From Spirochaetia bacterium (GTDB lineage: Bacteria > Spirochaetota > Spirochaetia > DSM-2461): a stretch of 64,000 nt of DNA. Shown piece after piece: positions 49,632-58,467 of this stretch. Numbering within the stretch: the first letter of the stretch is position 1; every line of letters begins with the position of its first letter. The translations under genes were made by a program, and so were the position numbers. Where the stretch lies: NCBI GenBank assembly GCA_963666985.2, contig CAXXIA010000001.1, positions 768,001 through 832,000 on the forward strand. Reading direction: 5' to 3'. The notes beneath the pieces were generated by a model, which was not told the DNA's origin, searched no databases, and was given only the letters and a program-made list of their open reading frames with translations.

Positions 49632-51670
49632 GAGTCCGTGAACGCTTTCGCGCCGTCGGTAAGGCTCTTCGTTCTTCTCTTTCTCATCCCGAACTCTGGC
49701 TTTCGGAAATCTTTACGGGAGGAAAATCGAAAGCCGGCATCTACGTCGACACGATCAGGGCGATGAATATCTCAGCGGTTTTCGCCGCCATTCGCCTCGG
49801 AGCCGAGACCATCGGAACCCTTCCTGTTCAGGCGTTCAGGAAAACAGGCGAATCCCGAGAACCGATCGATCACCCAGTGGGCGATCTTTTCGCCGGCCAG
49901 GCGAATCCGGAAATGGCCGGGCATATTTTCCGCGAAACCATGCAGGGGCATCTTGAGGCCAGAGGAAACGCATACGCCGAAATCGTCCATGATAAGAACG
50001 GATTCCCCATAGAACTCTGGCCGATCCATCCATCCGATATGCAGCTTCAGCGGAATCCAAACAAGGCTTTGGAATACATCTATGTCCCGACCGGAGAGAA
50101 GCTCCCAGCGTGGAAAGTCTTTCATCTTCGCGGCCTCGGTTCGAACGGGCTTGTAGGATATTCGGTAATTAAGCTTGCCAAGGAATCGTTCGGTCTTACC
50201 GCGGCCGCCGAAGAATACGGCTCCCGGTATTTCGGAGAGGGGACGAACCTCGGCGGGTTCCTGCAGCTCCCGGAAGGGAAGGCCTTATCGGATGAAGCCT
50301 TTAAGCGCCTGAAAGCGCAGATGAACCAGAAGTACAAAGGGCTTCAGAAATCCCACGGTTTGATCGTTCTTGAGGGCGGCGCTCGATACGAGAAGATCGG
50401 GCTTTCCCCGGAAGATTCACAGTTTCTTGAGACGCGAAAATTTCAGGTAACCGAGATCGCCCGGTGGTTTCGATTTCCGCCTCATATGATCGGCGATTTG
50501 GAGAAGGCGACATTTTCAAATATTGAACATCAAGGAATGGAGGCCGTGCGCTACTCATGGCTTCCACGGGTTACCCGGTGGGAAGCGGAGATTTCTTCGA
50601 AGCTTTTGTTCAATCCCGTCTCGGATCGCGGCGTATTCGTCCGGTTCAACCTGGACGGTCTTCTCCGCGGCGACATCAAGACTCGCTACGAATCCTATCA
50701 CCTGGCGATGTCGGACGGCTGGATGAATGCCGACGAGGCGCGCGCCCGAGAGGATATGGGGCCGCAGGAAGACGGGCTCGGGAAGATGTTCCTGGTTCCT
50801 TTGAACATGGTGAACAAGGCGGACCTTGTCGGCGGCGGCCGGGATGAGCCGGAGATGAAACAGCCGAGCGAGCCGAATCCACCTGCGGCGGAGGATGATC
50901 CGGAAGATGATCGGAACGCCGGAGGGTACGAGCTCCGTGCGGCGCAGTCGAATTCCATCGCACTCCGCCGGAAGATCGGGAATCGCTACCGGCCGAAAAT
51001 CCGCAAGGCCGCCGATAGCCTTGTGAAGGCCGAGGTCAAGATGATCCGCGGACTTCTTGAGGCCAACGAAGCCGGCGATGCTTTCATAACATCCTTCATC
51101 GAAAGAATGAAGGACAGCCGAGATACCTATCGACAGAAGATGGGGCCGATCCTTTCTTCTTACGCCTCTGATCTTTACCCGGTTGCCCGCGATGAGGTGG
51201 GAGAGGCGGGAGAGATCCCCGCTGAGTACGAGGAATTCGTCGCCGAATATATCAATCAGTACGGAAGCCGGCACGCCGGCCGGACGCGAAAGCAAATCCT
51301 CGCCATCGCCAACGATCCTGAAGAGGACACGCACGAAGGAATCGAAGCCCGCCTTGCCGAGTGGGAAGAGAAACGTGCGAAGAAGATCGAAGAGGAGGAG
51401 ACGACCCGCGGTCGAAGCGCGTTTGTGAAGGCCGCTTATGGAGTTCTCGGGGTCACATTCATCCGTTCGGTTGCCAATGGGAAGTCCTGCCCGTTTTGTA
51501 CGGCGCTCGACGGAAAGGTCATCGGAATCAACAGCGTGTTTTTCTCGAAAGGCGAGAGCTTTCAGCCGGAGGGGGCGAAAAGCGCGATCAGTTTTTCGAG
51601 CAATATCGGCCACGCGCCATATCACGAGGGTTGCGACTGTGATGTCGTCGCCGAACTGGGAGGATCGTGA
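49628..51670 (+). CDS. HK97-family portal protein fused to MuF-like head morphogenesis domain
   Basis: Portal motifs GNAY, VFHLRG..GLVGYS, QFLETRKF..EIAR.F..PP, FSNIE, LLRGD; C-terminal CPFC..LDGK...PYHEGCDC. Confidence 0.88.
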   Translation: MRVRERFRAVGKALRSSLSHPELWLSEIFTGGKSKAGIYVDTIRAMNISAVFAAIRLGAETIGTLPVQAFRKTGESREPIDHPVGDLFAGQANPEMAGHIFRETMQGHLEARGNAYAEIVHDKNGFPIELWPIHPSDMQLQRNPNKALEYIYVPTGEKLPAWKVFHLRGLGSNGLVGYSVIKLAKESFGLTAAAEEYGSRYFGEGTNLGGFLQLPEGKALSDEAFKRLKAQMNQKYKGLQKSHGLIVLEGGARYEKIGLSPEDSQFLETRKFQVTEIARWFRFPPHMIGDLEKATFSNIEHQGMEAVRYSWLPRVTRWEAEISSKLLFNPVSDRGVFVRFNLDGLLRGDIKTRYESYHLAMSDGWMNADEARAREDMGPQEDGLGKMFLVPLNMVNKADLVGGGRDEPEMKQPSEPNPPAAEDDPEDDRNAGGYELRAAQSNSIALRRKIGNRYRPKIRKAADSLVKAEVKMIRGLLEANEAGDAFITSFIERMKDSRDTYRQKMGPILSSYASDLYPVARDEVGEAGEIPAEYEEFVAEYINQYGSRHAGRTRKQILAIANDPEEDTHEGIEARLAEWEEKRAKKIEEEETTRGRSAFVKAAYGVLGVTFIRSVANGKSCPFCTALDGKVIGINSVFFSKGESFQPEGAKSAISFSSNIGHAPYHEGCDCDVVAELGGS

Positions 51671-52320
51671 TGAGCAAGATGGAGCGCCGGTATCTGCCGG
51701 CCGACGGTTTGGAAATTCGCTCTGAAGAAGACGGGAAACTCATTGTCGAAGGCTATCCGATTGTTTTTAACGAGCGGACGGTTCTCTATCCGGGATTCGC
51801 CGAAATAATCATGCCCGGAGCGGCATCGGATGCGCTATCCGAAGGGCGGACGGTTCTCTACTGGAACCATAACACCGATCAGCCGATGGCCGCGATGAAG
51901 AACGGAACACTGGAGGCGCACGAAGACGAGAATGGCGTCTTCATGCGTGCCGAAGTATCCGGGTCCGAATGGGGCCGCATGGGTCATGAAGCGATCAAAT
52001 CAGGCCTTGTCGACCAAATGTCCTTCGGGTTTTTCGTCGAGCGCGATGGCCAAGAATGGAGCACTGAGACAGACAAGGAAACCGGGGCGGTTGTGGATGT
52101 ACGAAGCATCACGAAGTTCTCCGCCATACCGGATTTCTCGCCGGTGAGTCAGCCGGCATATCCAACAACAGAGATTCAAGCGCGATCAAAAGACCTCGCG
52201 CTGCAGGATAAGCCCGAATCCTCAACGGAGGAAGAGGACGCCCCGTCGGGGGACGAAGCGGCCCGGAGTATGGAGATGCTGCGTTTGAGACATCAGCACA
52301 AAGGGAGGAACGTGCGATGA
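51670..52320 (+). CDS. HK97-family prohead protease
   Basis: VEGY..VFN, EII.PGA, WNHN, MSFGF, SPVSQPAYP.T. Confidence 0.9.
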   Translation: MSKMERRYLPADGLEIRSEEDGKLIVEGYPIVFNERTVLYPGFAEIIMPGAASDALSEGRTVLYWNHNTDQPMAAMKNGTLEAHEDENGVFMRAEVSGSEWGRMGHEAIKSGLVDQMSFGFFVERDGQEWSTETDKETGAVVDVRSITKFSAIPDFSPVSQPAYPTTEIQARSKDLALQDKPESSTEEEDAPSGDEAARSMEMLRLRHQHKGRNVR

Positions 52321-53540
52321 TCAACAAGCAGAAAATCCTCGGCCTCAGACAGGAGAGGAAGAAGGCCTTCGATAAGGGCACCGAGTATCTGGAGCGCGCC
52401 AAAGACGGCGTTATGTCCGCCGAGGATCGAAGCGCTTATGAGGCGGTCATGGAAGACTTCGATCGGCTGAGCGGTGAGATCGAAGCCCTGGAGGCGCACG
52501 AGGAACGAGCGGCCAGGATGGGATCTTTCGATGATGATCCCGGTGGCGAGGCTCACAAGCCCAATCCGGGTGAAGAGCGCGGTGATGAGGGCAAAGCCGA
52601 ATACCGGAAGGTCTTCGAAAAGGCCCTCCGTCACGGGATGGTCAGCCTGAACCGCGAGGAGAGAAAGATCCTCGAGACCCGCGCCATGGCCGAAGGCACC
52701 ACAACCGCCGGCGGTCATTTGGTCCCGGATGTTCTCGACAAGAAGTTTCTTGAGCACTTGGCGAACATCTCCGTGATGATGAAGCTCGGGACCGAGATCG
52801 CCACTTCCGGCGGGGACCACGAGATTCCGATCGCCGACGGCCAGGGAACCTTCTACTGGACCGGTGAGAGTGAATCGTACACCGATTCCAGCCCGACCAT
52901 CGATAAGAAGACTCTTTCGGCCTACAAGGGGACCTTCCTTGTGAAGATCTCCGAGGAGCTGGTCGCCGATTCGGCCTTCGATATCTTCAACCATTTGGCG
53001 GTTTGTTACGCCAATGTCGCAGGCGATGCCATCGAGTCCCGCCTTATCAGCGGAACCGGCTCCAGTCAGATTTCCGGCGTGGCCACCGGCGCGGCCGCCG
53101 GTATCACAGCCGCGGCGGCGGCCGCGATCACCACGGACGAACTTTTGAACCTTAAATCGTCCGTCAAGGCTAAGTACTGGCGGCAGCCGAAAGCCGGCTA
53201 TCTCATGAGTCCTTCGACAATGATGGCCGTTCGCAAGCTGAAAAACTCCAACGGGCAGTATCTGTGGCAGCCGTCTCTTACCGTGGGCGCTCCGGATAGC
53301 TTCGACGGAAACGCCGTATACGTCTCCGACCAGATGCCCTCGATGGAGGCTGCGGCCGTTCCCGTTCTCTTCGGCGACTTCTCTTACTACTGGATCGGCA
53401 AGCGCGGATCGCGCGCCATGCAGATTCTGAACGAGCTTTACGCCGAGAACGGCCAGATCGGATTCAGGGTATACGAGCGCCTGGACGGCGTTCTCACCCG
53501 TTCCGAAGCGGTCAAGAAGCTGACCATGGCGGCTGCCTGA
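52317..53540 (+). CDS. Major capsid protein (HK97 fold)
   Basis: N-terminal coiled-coil delta domain, GGHLVP, ISEELV.DS, KNSNGQYLWQP, FGDFS.Y, RLDG. Confidence 0.94.
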   Translation: MINKQKILGLRQERKKAFDKGTEYLERAKDGVMSAEDRSAYEAVMEDFDRLSGEIEALEAHEERAARMGSFDDDPGGEAHKPNPGEERGDEGKAEYRKVFEKALRHGMVSLNREERKILETRAMAEGTTTAGGHLVPDVLDKKFLEHLANISVMMKLGTEIATSGGDHEIPIADGQGTFYWTGESESYTDSSPTIDKKTLSAYKGTFLVKISEELVADSAFDIFNHLAVCYANVAGDAIESRLISGTGSSQISGVATGAAAGITAAAAAAITTDELLNLKSSVKAKYWRQPKAGYLMSPSTMMAVRKLKNSNGQYLWQPSLTVGAPDSFDGNAVYVSDQMPSMEAAAVPVLFGDFSYYWIGKRGSRAMQILNELYAENGQIGFRVYERLDGVLTRSEAVKKLTMAAA

Positions 53541-53631
53541 TCAGGCATTGCCTGATCCAGGCTCGCCTGGTAGGCAGTCCGCCTGGTAGGCGGTTCGCCT
53601 GAATTTTAGCCGGGGGCCTTCGGGCCTCCGG
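53535..53631 (+). repeat. GCCTG/AGGC mini-hairpin array plus UUCG hairpin after capsid stop
   Basis: Five GCCTG and four AGGC copies at 53535-53602; CCGGGGGCC-TTCG-GGCCTCCGG at 53610-53631. Confidence 0.6.
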
Positions 53632-53645
53632 TCTTGGAGGGATTC

Positions 53646-53924
53646 ATGAAGGGAAAAATCAAGATGCTTAAATCCGCCGGCTGTTTCCATGAAGGGAAGA
53701 ACTACGGACTCAGCGAGGGAGAGACTTATTCGGTGCCGGCCGACTGTCCGAGCGAGCTTGCCGAGGATTTGATTCGCGCAGGTCACGCTGAGCAGGTGAA
53801 GACCAAGGCCGGCAGTAAGAAAGATGCCGAAACCGCGACTTCCGCCGAAGCGGAAACTCCGGAGACTCCTTCGGAGTCAACCGAGACGGCGACCGCTGCG
53901 GCTTCGGAGAGTCCGGAAGAATGA
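53646..53924 (+). CDS. Small head-associated hypothetical protein
   Basis: RBS GGAGG; LAEDLIRAGHAE followed by acidic low-complexity tail. Confidence 0.65.
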   Translation: MKGKIKMLKSAGCFHEGKNYGLSEGETYSVPADCPSELAEDLIRAGHAEQVKTKAGSKKDAETATSAEAETPETPSESTETATAAASESPEE

Positions 53925-53992
53925 AAAACATGATTCTCGGCGCCGGGATTCTTTAGGGCCGCGGCGATTTCGACTGATGGGAGAAAAGACTT

Positions 53993-54565
53993 GTGGCCCT
54001 GAATGATAACGCCCTTGTGACTTGGGATCAGCTTAAGAGAGCCCTCGGAATCTCGAAGGATGATGATGAGAGCCGCTATGAGTGGCTGATCAACGGCGCC
54101 TCAAGTCGCATTGAACAGATGGTCGGAAGAAAGCTCTTTTCGGCTGAACGAACCGAGTATCAGGCCGGTCATGGAGGAGAGATTATCCTCCTGGATTGCT
54201 GGCCCGTGAGTGAGATTGACTCGCTTTATGTGGATGCCAACCGTGAGTTTGGCTCCGATACGGAAATCGATTCGGAAGATTATGACCTCGATTCTGGTTC
54301 GGGGGTTGTTTATCTTCTCGGCAAAAAAGCGCCGCGGGGCCGCAAGATCATCAAGGTCACATACACCGGAGGGTACGAGAGTATCCCGGAGGATTTACAG
54401 GCGGCGACGGTTGAAATCGTTGTGGCGAATTTCCGTCGTATGGCGAAAAACCAAGGCGGGATCAAGAGCATTTCGGCTCCCGATTCGGTGGGGACGACCT
54501 ACGAGTTATCAATCCCTGTTAATGCCAGACAAGTGATTGAACTCTACAAAGGGGGCCGCGTGTGA
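53993..54565 (+). CDS. Head-tail connector (gp6-like adaptor)
   Basis: LVT..QLK..L, LINGAS..IE, VTYTGGY..IPEDLQ.A. Confidence 0.8.
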   Translation: MALNDNALVTWDQLKRALGISKDDDESRYEWLINGASSRIEQMVGRKLFSAERTEYQAGHGGEIILLDCWPVSEIDSLYVDANREFGSDTEIDSEDYDLDSGSGVVYLLGKKAPRGRKIIKVTYTGGYESIPEDLQAATVEIVVANFRRMAKNQGGIKSISAPDSVGTTYELSIPVNARQVIELYKGGRV

Positions 54566-54933
54566 TTGAGATAAATGTCACGCGGACCAATGGGAAGGCG
54601 TTTAAGAAATTCATCACAGAATTTCCGGAGCACGCGGACACGATCGCGAACGCGGTCGCGGATGCCTTTGCGCGTCATGCTGCAGATTTGGCTCGAAGTC
54701 AAAACTGGCCGAGTGAGGCGGCGCCGTCAATGAAGGCTTGGCGAGAGAATGGGTCTTACTATGTTCGTCCGGGGCATGGGATCACAGGGCTTCTGAATTT
54801 TCTGAATGTCTTCGAACGCTCCGGCACCGGATGGCCTCACCGTCCGGTGATGAGGCCGGCGGTAGGATCGTTTGACACAAAGACGCCCGCAATCACCGTC
54901 TATAACCGCATCGTAAGGAAAAAATTCAAATGA
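54562..54933 (+). CDS. Tail completion/neck protein (HK97 gp10 position)
   Basis: Position; FE.SGT...RPVMRPA pattern. Confidence 0.55.
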   Translation: MIEINVTRTNGKAFKKFITEFPEHADTIANAVADAFARHAADLARSQNWPSEAAPSMKAWRENGSYYVRPGHGITGLLNFLNVFERSGTGWPHRPVMRPAVGSFDTKTPAITVYNRIVRKKFK

Positions 54934-55364
54934 ACGAGATGCGGAGGTTCAAGAATTTACTTAAAGCGGCTCTCGCTGATGATCTACCGGATCAAATCAC
55001 GGCTCATGCCGATGATGCCGGCATTTCGCTCACTGTTCCGTCAGTAAAAACCGGGTACGCCGACCCGTTTGTTGAGGTCGAAGAGTTTCCCGAAATCCGA
55101 ATTTTCGAGGTGAAAAAAAAGGGGTACGAGTACGAACTTAGAATGCACCGCTTGGGGTGCCGGATGTTTGTGGTTGTGCAATCGGATGAGGCGGAAGAGG
55201 CGGCCGATGCGATGAGCGAGGCAATCGGGGCCACCGTCGAGGGGATGTGCGGGGGTGAGATTTACGATGTTGAGAATCTCACGATCGGAGTGTTTCTAGG
55301 CCCGCCGGATGCGAAGCAAATGGCGGTCGGGACAATCGATTTCGATGTCCTTTTGAACTCATAA
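54930..55364 (+). CDS. Putative tail terminator
   Basis: Position immediately before tail tube gene. Confidence 0.5.
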   Translation: MNEMRRFKNLLKAALADDLPDQITAHADDAGISLTVPSVKTGYADPFVEVEEFPEIRIFEVKKKGYEYELRMHRLGCRMFVVVQSDEAEEAADAMSEAIGATVEGMCGGEIYDVENLTIGVFLGPPDAKQMAVGTIDFDVLLNS

Positions 55365-55377
55365 AAGGAGGGGGTTT

Positions 55378-55860
55378 ATGGGTTCTCCAATTCGCGGAAT
55401 TGATGGGGTGGTCAAAGCAGGCGCCACCGAATCGGGAACATATACGGAAGTTGCTTATATCGATTCTTTTGAGCTTCAGCTTGATAACGATGAGAACGAA
55501 ATCACAAAGCTGAATGCCAAATCAAAAGAGTACACCGCCGGTCTTGGCTCCGGCTCTGTCTCGATGTCCGGAACCTTGATTTGGGATGATACATATCAGC
55601 AGGCGATCATCAAGCAATTCATGAAAATCAACAACAAAGGGACTCTCTCGGCCATAGATAAAACCGAACTGTACTTTAAAGGTTATCTCAAACAGGGCGA
55701 TGCGGAGGGAGCAGGCGATGAGCTTACAAGCGTGTCCGTGGATATGAAGCTCGTTCCGACATCCTTTTCCGTTTCGATGTCTTCCGGAAGCCAGCACACG
55801 TTCAGTTACTCGGGACGAGTTTCGGGCGACGTGACTTACACCATTGAGGATGAGACTTAA
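55378..55860 (+). CDS. Major tail tube protein
   Basis: G.DG.VK, EIT.L...KEY.AGL.SGSVS.SG, FSYSGR.SG. Confidence 0.75.
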   Translation: MGSPIRGIDGVVKAGATESGTYTEVAYIDSFELQLDNDENEITKLNAKSKEYTAGLGSGSVSMSGTLIWDDTYQQAIIKQFMKINNKGTLSAIDKTELYFKGYLKQGDAEGAGDELTSVSVDMKLVPTSFSVSMSSGSQHTFSYSGRVSGDVTYTIEDET

Positions 55861-56237
55861 TGGAGTACGAAGTTAAGAGAGGGGATGTTTTCATCCCCGA
55901 TTGGAAAGGGAACAAGGATTCTGAAGAGCCCATAAGAATTCACTACCGGTATCTTACGCCTGAAGAGCGGAATCGGTTTTTTTACACGAAGCCGGTTGAT
56001 TTGTCGGCAGCGGTATCTGAGCGAAAAGTCGAATACGTTCAGAACGTCGAAGGCGCCGCTCGGGTGATGATCACCAAGATTGAGAATTTCGCCTTACGCG
56101 TTGAGGGTGAGCGAGTCGAAATAAACACCGCCGAAAAGCTCTATACCACACGGGGTATTCATCAGGATTTGATCGCTGAGATTGAGGCGTATTTGCGGTT
56201 TGCAACGCCGGAGGTGGATGCGAGCCCTTTAGGGTAG
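55860..56237 (+). CDS. Tail assembly chaperone (G-like)
   Basis: Between tube and tape measure; ends in slippery C CCT TTA. Confidence 0.75.
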   Translation: MEYEVKRGDVFIPDWKGNKDSEEPIRIHYRYLTPEERNRFFYTKPVDLSAAVSERKVEYVQNVEGAARVMITKIENFALRVEGERVEINTAEKLYTTRGIHQDLIAEIEAYLRFATPEVDASPLG

Positions 56238-56545
56238 CGTTCGTTCTCTTGGCCCGCCGGCAGGGCTGGGAGAATTACAAACCTGGTCCGAGAGATAAAC
56301 CGGGCCGGAGGATGCTGGTCGGGAATGAATGGGTTGAGAGGCGCGAGGTTCCCAAGTTTTTTAACGAGGAGTTTTGGAGCGCCTACCGGATTTATTCCCG
56401 GTTCCGGCGTTTTGGATTTCCGTATTCGGGCGGGTGGGAAGAGCAGCCCGCTCACATTGTTGAGTTGATTGAGGCCATGGATCAGGCGAGAGATATCGCC
56501 GTCAGAGAGGCTGATGAGTGGGAAAAGCTGACGAAATCAAAATAA
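56225..56545 (+). CDS. Tail assembly chaperone frameshift extension (GT-like)
   Basis: -1 frame from CCCTTTA open to 56545; FPYSGGWEEQP motif. Confidence 0.7.
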   Translation, partial: PFRVAFVLLARRQGWENYKPGPRDKPGRRMLVGNEWVERREVPKFFNEEFWSAYRIYSRFRRFGFPYSGGWEEQPAHIVELIEAMDQARDIAVREADEWEKLTKSK

Positions 56546-58467
56546 AAGTCACCGCTGAGGGAGCGAAGGCCCAAAAAGTCATCAGCGGAGTCGATAAAAA
56601 GATCTCATCGCTTGGTTCCGACTTGGCAAAATTAGCCCTGGCTGGTGTTGGGGCCGGTGGTGTCGTCACCGCGTTCAAAAAGATATCGGCGGAACTGCAG
56701 GAGGCCTCGGAAAAAGCCGCCATCCAAGAGGCCGCCGTCACGCGGCTTCGTGCCGCACTGGAAATAACCGGGCAGGCCGGAGGCAGCGCCTTATCTGAGA
56801 TGAAATCTTTTGCCTCCGAGATGCAAAAGCTGACAGTGGTTGGCGATGAGACGTCTCTCGGATTAATGCAAATCGCTCTAAACATGGGGCTTACTTCGGA
56901 GCAATCGCAGGATGCAACTCAGAAAGCAATAGCTCTCTCTCGTGCATACGGGATTGACTTGAATACTGCAATGGTGGGTGTTGTAAACACAATAAAAGGC
57001 CAGACATCGACCTTGACCCGATACATTCCTTCTTTGAAGGCCGCCACTGATGCAACCGACCGAATGCGAATACTCAATGAAGAATCTTCGAAGGCTTGGG
57101 CGATCGCGACATCAGAAGTTAACGCGGCAAAGGGAGCGCAGGCGCAGTTAGATAATGCCCTCGGAGATTCAAAAGAAATAACCGGTCAATATATCAATGA
57201 TGTTCTGACGCCTTGGCGTCAGAAATTAACCGAGATAGTAACGGGCCTCAATGAGACACGACAGGCGCAATATGATTTACAGGCCGCTCAGAAAGCCTCC
57301 GCGGAGGGAACGGCCACAACCTCAGAAAAAATACTTCTTATTCAAGATGCAATAAAAAAATCGCAAATCGATTTAAACCTTGCAAGGACGATGGGGGATC
57401 AGGCTCAAGTTGAATATTTGGAAAATGAAATAGCTCGACTTGAAACCGTCATTGCGCGAACTGAATATCTGGGAACAATCGAAGAAGCTCAGGCAGCGGC
57501 CACGGCACGGCAGGAAAAAGAGAAAGCTGACGCTGCAGCTGCGATCGCGCAGGCCGAGGAAGACGCGGCCGCGGCGGTGCAGAAAAGGCAAGATATTGCC
57601 AACTCCGCTTATTCGGCCATTGCCGAGGGCTTAAAGACAATAGCGATTAAGGAAGAGATGGCGCTCCTCACGGCGGAAGACTATGACGCCGAGGTTGAAC
57701 GGCGAAAATTACTCTTAGGTGAGATCGCAAAATTAAACGAAGAAGGTTTCTCAGCCGAGTCCGGCGCGATCCAATACATCTTATCGCTCTATGGAGATCT
57801 TTTAGAAAAGAAACAAGATGTTGCCGCTGCCTATGAAAGCGCAACGGAAATGATGCGCATTTATCAGGCAAGTGCCGAGCAGATAGCCGTCTCGGAAGCC
57901 GAATTGGAAAAGGCTCGCCATGACCAAAAGATGGCGAATCTTCAAACTGAACTTGCCTACTACTCTCAATACGCATCGAACATCGGTTCTATGTTTTCGA
58001 ACCTCATCTCAGTGATGATGTCCGGAGACGAAGAGCTCTCTGATAAAAAGAAGAAACAGATTCTTGCTCTCTTTTATATGCAAAAAGCCGCGAACATTGC
58101 GCAGATTGGGATGGATACGGCTACAGCGGTTATGAGGACCTATGCGAATCTCGGCGGAGTAAAGGGTGCTGTGATGGCCGGGATCGTAGCCGCGGTTGGC
58201 ACGACTCAACTGGCTGTCGCCGCTGCCGCACAACCTCCGGTCGCTCTCGCAGAGGGCGGTATTATCAAGCACAAACCCGGCGGAATCTACGCAAATATCG
58301 GTGAAGGTAATTACGATGAAGCCGTTATCCCCCTAAAAAACAATTCATCATTTGGAAACACCTACAACATTAATTTGAGTGGGGTCGTTGGGGATTTAGA
58401 GTCTGTCGCCGTCGCCGTCCATACGGGGATTGAACGAGCAAAACAATCCGGAGCGATAGCGGCATGA
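56518..58467 (+). CDS. Tape measure protein
   Basis: IKIKVTAE N-terminus, Ala-rich helical body, C-terminal LAEGGII...IGEG..DEAVIPL. Confidence 0.88.
   Translation: MGKADEIKIKVTAEGAKAQKVISGVDKKISSLGSDLAKLALAGVGAGGVVTAFKKISAELQEASEKAAIQEAAVTRLRAALEITGQAGGSALSEMKSFASEMQKLTVVGDETSLGLMQIALNMGLTSEQSQDATQKAIALSRAYGIDLNTAMVGVVNTIKGQTSTLTRYIPSLKAATDATDRMRILNEESSKAWAIATSEVNAAKGAQAQLDNALGDSKEITGQYINDVLTPWRQKLTEIVTGLNETRQAQYDLQAAQKASAEGTATTSEKILLIQDAIKKSQIDLNLARTMGDQAQVEYLENEIARLETVIARTEYLGTIEEAQAAATARQEKEKADAAAAIAQAEEDAAAAVQKRQDIANSAYSAIAEGLKTIAIKEEMALLTAEDYDAEVERRKLLLGEIAKLNEEGFSAESGAIQYILSLYGDLLEKKQDVAAAYESATEMMRIYQASAEQIAVSEAELEKARHDQKMANLQTELAYYSQYASNIGSMFSNLISVMMSGDEELSDKKKKQILALFYMQKAANIAQIGMDTATAVMRTYANLGGVKGAVMAGIVAAVGTTQLAVAAAAQPPVALAEGGIIKHKPGGIYANIGEGNYDEAVIPLKNNSSFGNTYNINLSGVVGDLESVAVAVHTGIERAKQSGAIAA

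Noticed and set aside
50555..51625. Long antisense ORFs (e.g. 50555-51625, 8188-8964, 9160-9969, 16297-17133, 27658-28485)
   Set aside because: Shadows of well-supported genes on the opposite strand; no motifs or RBS.
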